A stretch of DNA of 32,065 nucleotides from an uncultured bacterium (GTDB lineage: Bacteria > CSSED10-310 > CAZUFC01): the NCBI GenBank assembly GCA_964619725.1, contig CAZUFC010000097.1:1-32065 (forward strand). The letters run 5' to 3'. This document shows positions 16,828 through 26,051 of the stretch, piece by piece (position 1 is the first letter of the stretch; each line of letters opens with the position of its first letter). The notes under the pieces are model-generated. The model was given only the letters and a program-made list of their open reading frames with translations, made no database searches and was not told the DNA's origin. The position numbers were made by a program, and so were the translations under genes.

Positions 16828-18921
16828 TCAAGGTCCGTAACCCCATTCCGCGGAATCGGATTCTCCTAATATTTGACTCATTTCCTCATTGAGCATAGCG
16901 CCGAAGAAGAGGAGTCCGTTCATGGAGTCATCGCCGGTATCCGGCCAGGTAAAGGGAGAAACGGCATAGATGGAGCGTGATCCGACAGGGACGTTAACGT
17001 TCATATAATCGATGTCCCCGGAATAGGGAGGGTTCCAGCATGCCCAGGAGGGCCAGAAATAGTATGCTTCAAAGACTTCAAGAAGAAAAAACAGGGGTAC
17101 GTGATTCAATGGTTCGGGGCCGGGATTATTGAGATGCCCCCTAACCCAGAATTCTTCCTGAGGGCTGATTCTGGATGCGGCGAGTTCCAAACGAACGCCT
17201 AATTCAACGACGGGCGTGTTGGTAGGTTGGGGATAAGGTGTGGGTATAACGGTAGGAGTAGGCGTAAAGTAGAGATTGGTGACGGGAAGCATCAGGCAGG
17301 ATGGATGTTCGGCATCGGAATGAATGGTATTTTCCGCGATTCTTGTTTCATCGTCAAATCGGAAAGGCTTGCCGGTATTCGGATTAGGATCGAAACGGGG
17401 ATGATTGGAGGAGGAGACGGCTAGGCGAATGCGATGACCTGCATTAAAGGCGATGGCTGTCGACCAGAGATCGATTTGACATTCGACGATTTCTCCCGGC
17501 GTTAAAAAATCTTCCCGGTCCATTCCGATACGGCGCCGAACACGAAGGATGCCGTCCAAAACCAGCATGGAACGACCGTCCGGATATACGTCGGTCAGCT
17601 TGGCGGTAAGGTCCGTATCAGGGCAATCCGAAGACAGATATAATCGGCAGATCAAAGGACCGACTATTTCAACGGATTCCTCAAGTATTTCCGTTTCATA
17701 AATCAGCACGTCCTGACGAGTTTCGATGGACCTCTGATCGTATGGTCCGGCAGGTAGAATAAGATTGGCGCCTCCCAGGGTCGGAACAGGGTTTTCAGGA
17801 TCATAGACAAAAGTCCGTGCCGGTTCGTTCGACGAGGGATACAGCCAGTCAAGACTTCCATCGCCGTGGAGATATAACGGATAAATTCGAGCATCCGCGG
17901 GCCAGTTCTCTGAAGTCCTCCATTCGTTACCGGGAGCATCAGGATCATCCACATCGCCCATGACGTAAAAATGCACGGGAGGTCTGTCCATTATCCCTGT
18001 ATTCTCATCTTTAAGCCAGTATTCAACCCACTCCCCGAAATATTCTGAAAATTCATCATTGAACCTGGACCCTTCGGGATAGGTTAATTCGCCTTGAGCA
18101 AGACTGCTGAAACCTCCATGAGTCCAAGGTCCGATCAGGAGCATCTGGTTTCCTCGAGCGCCGTCGCCGCCGTTATATTGTCGGCCGGTGAACGCGTTGA
18201 TGGTTCCCTGTGTGAAAATGTCGTACCAGCCCCCGATATGAACGCCCGGCGCTTGAATGAAAGGTTCTCTCCTTTCTGCGTTAACCGGATGCCAGTAAGG
18301 ACCGTAATCAGGATGAGCTTCGATTTCGGGAAGTTTAAAACTGCTTCCCTGCCCTTTAAGCCATCCCTCGACCATGGCTTTACGAAAAGAACCGCCTTGA
18401 AACATGGCTTGCGAATACAAATCGGTAGCGGCAACCTGTATCCATTGACAGGTCAGATGCGGCGGAACAGCGCCGGCCATCATTATTTGAGTGATCCCCA
18501 GCGCAGAGCCGCCGAGGGTCGCAATTCTTCCTTCGGCCCATTCCTGGGCGGCAACCCATTCCACGGTATCATATCCGTCTCTATTTCCGGACCATCCGTC
18601 GTCGAAAAATATGCCGTCGATCCCTTCGGAATCAAAACGTCCACGGCAATCCTGAACCACCAGCGAGTACCCGTACTCGGTTACATAAGCCTGATCCTGG
18701 CAACCGGATTTGCCGTAAACCGTTCGTATCAGCATAGTCGGCCATGGACCCTCTTCTTCATCAGGAATATAAACATCCGTCGCCAATCGCGTTCCATCGG
18801 TCATGGGTACCATCTCCGTCCAATGCTGATATGCCGATGCCGGCCGTATTTGTCCAATAACGTGAAAAAACAATAAGGACAGTATTGAAAGGAATTCAAG
18901 ATAACCAATTTTCCTTCTCAT
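16828..18921 (-). CDS. Secreted CocE/NonD (peptidase S15 / PepX-C) family serine hydrolase with PT linker and conserved C-terminal domain
   Basis: Motifs MTDGTRLATDVY, QDCRGRFDSEG, GGSALG (nucleophile), GGWYD, GPWTH, FVYDPENPVPT, RLAVSSSNHPRF. Signal peptide and AGAGGAGG SD. CTD at ~16828-17210. Confidence 0.92.
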   Translation of the reverse strand: MRRKIGYLEFLSILSLLFFHVIGQIRPASAYQHWTEMVPMTDGTRLATDVYIPDEEEGPWPTMLIRTVYGKSGCQDQAYVTEYGYSLVVQDCRGRFDSEGIDGIFFDDGWSGNRDGYDTVEWVAAQEWAEGRIATLGGSALGITQIMMAGAVPPHLTCQWIQVAATDLYSQAMFQGGSFRKAMVEGWLKGQGSSFKLPEIEAHPDYGPYWHPVNAERREPFIQAPGVHIGGWYDIFTQGTINAFTGRQYNGGDGARGNQMLLIGPWTHGGFSSLAQGELTYPEGSRFNDEFSEYFGEWVEYWLKDENTGIMDRPPVHFYVMGDVDDPDAPGNEWRTSENWPADARIYPLYLHGDGSLDWLYPSSNEPARTFVYDPENPVPTLGGANLILPAGPYDQRSIETRQDVLIYETEILEESVEIVGPLICRLYLSSDCPDTDLTAKLTDVYPDGRSMLVLDGILRVRRRIGMDREDFLTPGEIVECQIDLWSTAIAFNAGHRIRLAVSSSNHPRFDPNPNTGKPFRFDDETRIAENTIHSDAEHPSCLMLPVTNLYFTPTPTVIPTPYPQPTNTPVVELGVRLELAASRISPQEEFWVRGHLNNPGPEPLNHVPLFFLLEVFEAYYFWPSWACWNPPYSGDIDYMNVNVPVGSRSIYAVSPFTWPDTGDDSMNGLLFFGAMLNEEMSQILGESDSAEWGYGP

Positions 18922-19218
18922 CTTCCGGCATCCTCCTCTCTGTTCGCATTTGATCCAATAACCCGACCGATTAACTTAACAATAACGGTTTCAGGTGAAT
19001 TATCCCAAGCTCCGATGACAAAAACGGAAAATCTCCTATGCTCACATTCCTGTTTCAAAATATTCACCGATTGCCGTGGAATTCAGTTGAACATCATGAT
19101 CCGCCTGCTCATCAGAACGGTAAGCAAATCTAATCATAGCAGCGGCAGTGTTGTTTTTCCAGTTTTAAGATAAAATCAGCGACTGACGGAGGTTGCCGCT
19201 GCGCAGCCTGCAGGCGGT

Positions 19219-19244
19219 TGCCGGGGGTCAGAGTCCTTTGCCGG
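19219..19244. repeat. REP-like palindromic element, degenerate copy
   Basis: Reverse complement ccggcaaaggactctgacccccggc shares the core aagg(a/g)ctctgacccc with the hairpin at 28121-28145. Confidence 0.45.
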
Positions 19245-19271
19245 TTTGTCCTCCGTTCAACGCAGTATGGG

Positions 19272-19299
19272 TTGACGAAACATTTTGTTGTGATAATAT
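19272..19299 (+). promoter_or_regulatory. Sigma70-type promoter for the GH57 operon
   Basis: TTGACG, 16-nt spacer, TAATAT, with an extended -10 TG at 19291-19292. It ends 67 nt before the ATG at 19367. Confidence 0.65.
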
Positions 19300-19366
19300 C
19301 TTTTCAAAGATGGAAGCGGTTTTTGTATGTTTCCATCATAAGGAAGGACGAAACTGAGAGGGGCGC

Positions 19367-22111
19367 ATGAAAAAGATATTGACCTATTTTTTTGTTTTTA
19401 TTGTAACCGGGTCGATGTTTGCAGATTCTGCGAATGCTGATCCGCCTATTTACATTTCTTTTTTATGGCATATGCATCAGCCTATTTACGTGCCTTATGA
19501 CGAACCGTATCAGACGATACAATGGAACGGTCCCCAGGGCGGCCCTTCGTTTTCTTACAGTCTTCATGAGATGTGGTCCAGCAAGACAGGGCCTTACAAG
19601 GGATGGTCGGTTGATGCGGTGGAGACGGCGATGAATGCGGGATTGGGGCACGCCGGCGCGCAGATCGATTTATCGGGGAGTCTGATAGAGAGTCTCAACA
19701 ACCTGGATTTTCATGACTGGAATTGGGACACTTATGGGGGCTGGAAGGATCGTTTTTCCCAGGGACTATCCTGGCAGACGGATTTGGGGAACCCGCGATT
19801 AGACGTCATAGCCTTTCCTTATCATCATCCCATTATCGGTTTGTTGAATCACAAGGCCTTAAGGATGCAGTTTCTGACTCACCGCAAACTGTTCACGGAC
19901 AATTTTTCCTGTGGGTATTCGCAGGGGTTGTTTCCGCCCGAGACGGCATTCACGGAGCGAGCGATACCTGTTTTAGCATCGTTGGGTATTGAGTGGGTGA
20001 TTATCGACAATATCCATTTAAGCCGGACATTAAGCGATTATCCCTGGACGGGCAGTTCAGGGGTTGTTGAGCCTAATGTTTCAGATCAGCGCAACGGAAC
20101 GCTGTCTCAGGTTGATCCGGATTCAGCCTGGATTCAATTGAACGGTGTGTGGGCGCCTGAGAAGGTATGTTCCTGGGCCTACAGGCCGCATTACATCAGT
20201 TGGACGAGTCCGGAAACGGGAATGGAGGAGAGAATCGTAGCAGTCCCCGGCGCCTGTTACATGGGCAATGAAGATGCAAGAGGCGGTTTCGGAGCGTTGC
20301 AGTATGAAACGGTGATGGGACAACTGGAGAGTTACAACACTGATCCTGAGCATCCAATATTAATTGTGCTGCATCATGATGGAGAAAATTACGGCGCCGG
20401 CGTGGAATCGTATTATCATTCAAATTTTCAGAATTTTGTAAACTGGTGTCTGGCGAATCCTGACCGCTTTGTGCCCACGACGATTCAGGACTATCTGGAG
20501 ATGTTTCCTCCTGATCCTTCTGACGTAGTTCATATTGAGAATGGGGGTTGGATAGGGGCCGGCTGTCTTTCTCCGGAATTCCATCATTGGCTGGGGGACC
20601 CGGAAGACGGTTACAGTCCTGATTGGAACAGTTGGGCAGTTATGACGGCTGCCGAGAACTGGGTCATGACTGCCGATGATGTTTCTCCCTGGAGCGACCT
20701 GGGTCATATAGTTTATGGAAACGGTACTGAGACGGAGAAAGCCTGGCGGTATTTTCTGTGCGCCCAGGCGAGTTGTTACGAATACTGGGAAGGGGGCGCT
20801 GACCAGGATATATGGAATTCCAATCCGACCAGGGCCTGCAATGCAGCGGTACAGCATGCGGAAAACGCCGTCGGCGGCAGCGCAGACAATGTCGGACCCA
20901 CCATTTTTCCGCCTCAGAGGGAGCCTTACAATCCCGGAGGACTCGAATGGGGAGTAACGCAGCCTTCGGAATTCGAAGTCTGGAGCTTTATCTACGACGT
21001 GAGCGGAGTGGAATCGGCTTATGTCTATTACAGAACAGACCATGACGGAGAAGTGGACAGCGGTAATATGACGTATGCCGGAGGCGACTGGCATGCGGCA
21101 TCGATGAGCTCTGAAGCTTTTTCTTCTCAGACGATAATCGATCCGATTTACAAGGCTGAGCGATATTACGCTGCGGTTGACGGCGGCGAGGCGAATATTT
21201 TGATCGATTATTACATCGAGGCTTCGGATACGCAAGGCAATATTGCAAAAAGTCACATCGAGCATGTTTTCGTAGGGGCTTCAGAATTTAACCAGGATGT
21301 ATATTGGAAACCTTCGCATCCTCATAAAAATCAGGCTGTTACGGTTTATATTCAGAACTATCCGACATCGGGCAAGTTGCATTGGGCCGTCAACGGATGG
21401 TCCGAACCTGAAGATTTTTACTGGCCTGAAGGGTCTCAATTTTACGATGGAGGACCGGCAGTGGAGAGTCCGCTGCTGGGTCCGGACCAGGAAGACCGTC
21501 TTTACATTGAGCTAGGTCCTTTCGATAATCCCGGACAAAGCGTGGAATGGGTCGACTTCGTCATTCATTTCGACAATAACGAATGGTGGAACAACGACGG
21601 GAACGATTATCACATATACATTGATCAGAATACCCCTACTCCGACATTTACTCAGAATCCGCAATCCACTCGCACTCCGACTTGCACACCGACTTGCACA
21701 CCGACTTGCACTCCGACGGGTTTTTATACTTTTGCTCCCACGGTCACCCCTCCTCCTTCACTGATTGAAATAGAATGTCTTTTGTCCCGCACGGAATTCA
21801 GGGCCGGCAACACGTTCGATTACGTCGTTTCAATGCAGAATGAGGGGACGGACAGGCTGGTTAACCTGGTCGTTATGCTGGAAGCCTACGGCGAATTCTA
21901 CTTCTGGCCTTCCTGGATCAATAATGACATCGATTGGGAACAGCGATATTTGTACGCTTCATCAACCCTGAGAGAATCGATTCTGTCCTTTGAATGGCCG
22001 GAGAACGCCGGAAGCGGTAATGCTTTATTATGGTCCGCCGTCTTTTCCCCCGAAGAATTTACCGCTTATTTCCTGTTGGATTTTTGTTCTGCAGGATTCT
22101 CCTGGCATTGA
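19367..22111 (+). CDS. Secreted glycoside hydrolase family 57 (alpha-glucan active) with putative starch-binding module, PT linker and conserved C-terminal domain
   Basis: Signal peptide. Motifs WHMHQPIY, YHHPI, FPPETAF (catalytic Glu) and HHDGENYG (catalytic Asp). CBM-like segment LHWAVNGW...WWNNDGNDYHI. CTD at ~21761-22111. Confidence 0.85.
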   Translation: MKKILTYFFVFIVTGSMFADSANADPPIYISFLWHMHQPIYVPYDEPYQTIQWNGPQGGPSFSYSLHEMWSSKTGPYKGWSVDAVETAMNAGLGHAGAQIDLSGSLIESLNNLDFHDWNWDTYGGWKDRFSQGLSWQTDLGNPRLDVIAFPYHHPIIGLLNHKALRMQFLTHRKLFTDNFSCGYSQGLFPPETAFTERAIPVLASLGIEWVIIDNIHLSRTLSDYPWTGSSGVVEPNVSDQRNGTLSQVDPDSAWIQLNGVWAPEKVCSWAYRPHYISWTSPETGMEERIVAVPGACYMGNEDARGGFGALQYETVMGQLESYNTDPEHPILIVLHHDGENYGAGVESYYHSNFQNFVNWCLANPDRFVPTTIQDYLEMFPPDPSDVVHIENGGWIGAGCLSPEFHHWLGDPEDGYSPDWNSWAVMTAAENWVMTADDVSPWSDLGHIVYGNGTETEKAWRYFLCAQASCYEYWEGGADQDIWNSNPTRACNAAVQHAENAVGGSADNVGPTIFPPQREPYNPGGLEWGVTQPSEFEVWSFIYDVSGVESAYVYYRTDHDGEVDSGNMTYAGGDWHAASMSSEAFSSQTIIDPIYKAERYYAAVDGGEANILIDYYIEASDTQGNIAKSHIEHVFVGASEFNQDVYWKPSHPHKNQAVTVYIQNYPTSGKLHWAVNGWSEPEDFYWPEGSQFYDGGPAVESPLLGPDQEDRLYIELGPFDNPGQSVEWVDFVIHFDNNEWWNNDGNDYHIYIDQNTPTPTFTQNPQSTRTPTCTPTCTPTCTPTGFYTFAPTVTPPPSLIEIECLLSRTEFRAGNTFDYVVSMQNEGTDRLVNLVVMLEAYGEFYFWPSWINNDIDWEQRYLYASSTLRESILSFEWPENAGSGNALLWSAVFSPEEFTAYFLLDFCSAGFSWH
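21677..21712 (+). repeat. 12-bp tandem repeat x3 encoding PTCT in the GH57 linker
   Basis: ccgacttgcaca ccgacttgcaca ccgacttgcact. Confidence 0.9.
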
Positions 22112-22126
22112 CCCTGGCGTTTGTAA

Positions 22127-23341
22127 ATGAGGTTTAAAATGTATTTTTTTTCGTATTTTCGTTTGTGCCGCAGACTTATATTCCTTGTATTCATAAACTG
22201 TTGTTTGTTCTGTTTGGATACTCACGACAGCGCTTATGCTGCAGGATTTAATTTCATGAATGCGAAGGCTATGGGCATGGGAGGAGCTTATTGTGCGCTG
22301 GCCGAAAGCGCAGGTGCGCCTTACTGGAATCCCGCCGGCCTCGCGTTCAGAAAAAGTTATGGACTCACTTTTGAGACTTCTGAATTCCAGCGCACTCAAC
22401 CTCATATTGAATCCAGGCTGGAAGATGCCTATTCCTTGCCGCCCATGGATGAAACCGTGTATGACGATGCGGAAGCGACGGAAACTCTGGTCAGACGACT
22501 TAAAGACCTGAATGACATAGACATCGGCGCTGTAAGGAGTAAAACGATGACCTTTTCGATATTGAGCGCCGGCGGAGCCATGATCGTTCGTGAGATAGAC
22601 GAACTCTGGTTCAGACCGATAATCGACCTGGAAAATATTGAATCAGCCCCTCCTGAAGAAGAAAACTCCATTGCTGACAATGATTCCAGGATAGAATTCA
22701 CCGGCATTAAAGGAACTGAATTCGACATATCTTTTTCCAATTTGCATCCTGAAGCGAAAGCGGCCTGGGGAGTAACGGTAAAATATGTAACCGGCAAAAC
22801 TTACAGACATTCCAGGTCGATCTGGAATCTGGATTCAGAAAACGATTCTGATGAGTTGCTGGACAGAGTCGACAGGTATGAAGAGCAGCAGGATGAGTAT
22901 TGGAGTGCGGATATGGGACTGATATTGTTTATGGGTAACGGCAGATTGGGTTTCGTCGGACATGATGTGTTTCGTCCCAAACTTGAAAGAAAAAATGAGG
23001 AGGCGATTGAAATAGCGCCTTCCTACAGGATCGGTTTTTCGCAGAGTTTTTCCAGGAATTTTCTGATGGCGGTGGATTACGATTTAACGAAAAACAAATA
23101 TGAAAACGAATATGCCGGGAAAAAGCATATTAGTTTCGGTTTGCAGAAGTGGTTTGGAAACAGGAAGAAGTTCGGATTGAGAGCCGGTCTGTTGCGGGAT
23201 TTTGAGGCGGATGAGAATGAAATTGTATACACGACGGGTTTGGGAATAATGACGAAAATCGTCGAAGGAAATGTCGGAATTGCTTTTGATAATGAAAAGA
23301 ATCAATTCGGTTGGTCGTTCGATTTAAAAATAGATTTTTAA
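22127..23341 (+). CDS. Outer-membrane beta-barrel of the FadL/PorV/TraF-like superfamily
   Basis: N-terminal hatch motif AKAMGMGGAY....A.YWNPAGLA, amphipathic strands and terminal Phe (FDLKIDF). Start codon uncertain. Confidence 0.75.
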   Translation: MRFKMYFFSYFRLCRRLIFLVFINCCLFCLDTHDSAYAAGFNFMNAKAMGMGGAYCALAESAGAPYWNPAGLAFRKSYGLTFETSEFQRTQPHIESRLEDAYSLPPMDETVYDDAEATETLVRRLKDLNDIDIGAVRSKTMTFSILSAGGAMIVREIDELWFRPIIDLENIESAPPEEENSIADNDSRIEFTGIKGTEFDISFSNLHPEAKAAWGVTVKYVTGKTYRHSRSIWNLDSENDSDELLDRVDRYEEQQDEYWSADMGLILFMGNGRLGFVGHDVFRPKLERKNEEAIEIAPSYRIGFSQSFSRNFLMAVDYDLTKNKYENEYAGKKHISFGLQKWFGNRKKFGLRAGLLRDFEADENEIVYTTGLGIMTKIVEGNVGIAFDNEKNQFGWSFDLKIDF

Positions 23342-23346
23342 TTTAA

Positions 23347-25818
23347 GTGAGTGATTATGTGAGTGAATCGATGGATAAATTAAGGGCGATAAAGAAGAAA
23401 ATAAAAAAGAGTTTTCTTTTTTTCGACGGAGGAATGGGGACATATCTTCAGAAAATGGGATTGGCTTCAGGAGCATGCCCGGATGAGTGGAACCTGGTGC
23501 AACCTGAAAAGGTATTGGAGGCTCACAAGAGTTACATAGGCGCGGGTTCTGATTTCATTACGACCAACACTTTTGGGGGCAACAGGATAAAGTTGTCCGA
23601 ATACGGTCTGGAAGACAAGATAAGGGAAATTAACGGAGCAGGAACAGCGTTGGGGATGAGAGCGGCTGAGGGAACAGGGGTATTGGTTGCAGGGGATATA
23701 GGCCCGACGGGAAAAATTTTTGAACCTCATGGTAAATTGACGTTCGACGAGGCGGCGGAGGTTTTCGGCGAACAGGCGCGAATACTGGAGTCAGCCGGCG
23801 CGGATATCATAATAATAGAGACAATGAGCGATCTGGCAGAATTGAGGGCAGCCGTCATAGGGGTGAAGGAATATACGAAATTGCCGTTTATTGCTCAGAT
23901 GTCGTTTTCCGAATCGGGGATGAGTTTGCACGGAGACAGTCCGGCGGCGACTGCGGCAACATTGAGCGCTTTTGAACCTTTTGCTTTGGGCGTGAATTGC
24001 GGGATGGGGCCGGACAGGATGGGGGGCATTGTGGAACAATTCGCACTCCATACCGATCATCCGGTAATCCTGCAACCGAATGCCGGCGTTCCGGAGCTGA
24101 TAAATAATCAAACGGTTTTTCGTTTGAGGGCGGACAAGTTTGCCGAGCAGACGGTTGAAGCAGCTTTAAGAGGCGCATGTATTGTCGGCGGCTGTTGCGG
24201 TTCAACGCCGGAGCACATACGGAGGCTGAGGAACGGGCTGGATGGAAAAACGCCGGTTCAATTTCAAGTAGAGAAAGGTTTAAGGCTCTCCTCCAGGAGC
24301 CTGGTCCGAACGATAACGCCTGAATCGCCGTTGACCGTTATTGGGGAAAGAATAAATCCGACCGGGAAAAAAAGACTCACTCTCGAATTGAAAGCAAAGA
24401 AAACGGGATGGATGCAAACTTCAGCAAGAAGACAAAAAGCCGCCGGCGCTCATGTGCTGGACGTCAATGTCGCCGTTCCGGGAATTAATGAGCCTGAAGC
24501 AATGAAATTGGCCGTGGAGGCGTTGCAATCAGCCGTCAACGTTCCGCTGGCGCTGGATTCGAACGATCCGCAGGTCCTGGAAAACGGGTTGAAATATTAT
24601 ACGGGGCGAGCCCTGGTAAATTCGGTTTCTGCAGAATCTGTACGGATGCAGGAAATTTTGCCGTTGATGAAAAAATACGGCGCAGCAGGCGTGGGTTTGG
24701 CCATGTCGGAAAAAGGAACGCCGGAAACCGCCCGGGAGAGGATAAGTTCGATAGAAAAAATTATGCGATGCGCCTCAGATCATAATTTGGACATATACGA
24801 TTTCTTGTTTGACTGCCTGGTATTTACTGCGGGCGCTCAACCCGAACAACCCAACGAATGCCTGAAAGCTCTGGAAATTATTACCGCCAAAATGAAAGCT
24901 TTATCCCTTCTGGGAATAAGCAATGTCGCCCATGGTTTACCCAGGCGGGAATGGATCGTCGCTTCATTTCTGTCAATGGCGCTTCAAAAAGGACTCAATG
25001 CAGCCATAACGAACATTCTTCAGCCGGAGATAGCCGCTGCGGTTAAGGCGGGAAACCTGTTAATGAACAGAGACACCGGCGCGGCAGAATATATTCGTTA
25101 TGCCTCGCAAATGATGCCTGCCCACGGCGCAATCGCTGAAAAAGCGATACCTGAGCGAAAAGCGATATCCGATGCTTCTAATTTGTTTACTCTTATGAAA
25201 AACGGAGTGATAAACGGGGATAAGGACAAAATAGAGGAATTGTTGAACAGGGTCTTGATGCAGGGCGTAAAGCCTTTTCGCGTCATTGATGAAATAATTG
25301 TTCCTGCGCTGGAGGAGGTAGGACGTTTGTTTGAAAACGGGACTTATTTTCTGCCGCAGTTGATAATGGCGGGCGAAACGGCCCAGAAGGCCTTCAATAT
25401 TCTGAAAAACAGCATGGACAGCACGGAACAGGCCGCAAAAAAATACGGCAAAATTATCCTGGCAAGCGTCCAGGGAGACGTGCATGATATTGGAAAGCGT
25501 ATAGTAGCCACCGTCCTGCAAAATCACGGCTACGACATTGTAGACCTGGGAAAAAGCGTGCCCACGAATACAATCATCGAGACGGTTCTCAATGAAAAAC
25601 CCCAGGCCGTAGGATTAAGCGCGCTGATGACCACCACTTTGTCGGCCATGGAGGACGCTGTGCTTATGCTGCGGGAACATTGCCCCGAAGTTAAAATAAT
25701 GGTCGGAGGAGCCGTGGTTACTCAGCAGTATGCGGATAAAATCGGAGCTCATCTCTACGGCGAGGATGCCGTTCAGGCGGCAAGAAAAATAGGCATTCTT
25801 CTGAAAACCAGGGCATAA
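23347..25818 (+). CDS. metH: Cobalamin-dependent methionine synthase lacking the C-terminal AdoMet reactivation domain
   Basis: Hcy domain (FDGGMGT, TNTFG, GVNC, GGCCG), pterin domain (IGERINPTGK), cap (YFLPQL) and B12 domain (GDVHDIGK, SALMTTT, VGGA). The protein ends there. Start may be ATG 23371. Confidence 0.9.
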   Translation: MSDYVSESMDKLRAIKKKIKKSFLFFDGGMGTYLQKMGLASGACPDEWNLVQPEKVLEAHKSYIGAGSDFITTNTFGGNRIKLSEYGLEDKIREINGAGTALGMRAAEGTGVLVAGDIGPTGKIFEPHGKLTFDEAAEVFGEQARILESAGADIIIIETMSDLAELRAAVIGVKEYTKLPFIAQMSFSESGMSLHGDSPAATAATLSAFEPFALGVNCGMGPDRMGGIVEQFALHTDHPVILQPNAGVPELINNQTVFRLRADKFAEQTVEAALRGACIVGGCCGSTPEHIRRLRNGLDGKTPVQFQVEKGLRLSSRSLVRTITPESPLTVIGERINPTGKKRLTLELKAKKTGWMQTSARRQKAAGAHVLDVNVAVPGINEPEAMKLAVEALQSAVNVPLALDSNDPQVLENGLKYYTGRALVNSVSAESVRMQEILPLMKKYGAAGVGLAMSEKGTPETARERISSIEKIMRCASDHNLDIYDFLFDCLVFTAGAQPEQPNECLKALEIITAKMKALSLLGISNVAHGLPRREWIVASFLSMALQKGLNAAITNILQPEIAAAVKAGNLLMNRDTGAAEYIRYASQMMPAHGAIAEKAIPERKAISDASNLFTLMKNGVINGDKDKIEELLNRVLMQGVKPFRVIDEIIVPALEEVGRLFENGTYFLPQLIMAGETAQKAFNILKNSMDSTEQAAKKYGKIILASVQGDVHDIGKRIVATVLQNHGYDIVDLGKSVPTNTIIETVLNEKPQAVGLSALMTTTLSAMEDAVLMLREHCPEVKIMVGGAVVTQQYADKIGAHLYGEDAVQAARKIGILLKTRA

Positions 25819-26051
25819 ACCTAATCGGATTAATTCTCCTCCATGATTCGTCTGACGCGTTGAAACCGGGGGATTGACAGGCGAGAATTTACCGGTTTGA
25901 TCAAACAGAAGCGTTTTTCATGAGAGTGATTCGCCTTGATTTGATCTGTCCCCTGATGAGTTCAATACGGTGTATTGCAGCCAAAAAGGATTCCGACTGT
26001 TATCCGAACATTTTCGCATAATCCACTGAACGATGCTTTTCCGTTTGGCGA

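Noticed and set aside
22127-23341. Conjugative element implied by a TraF-like barrel
   Set aside because: No other tra genes, relaxase or integrase are present, and the context is chromosomal housekeeping.
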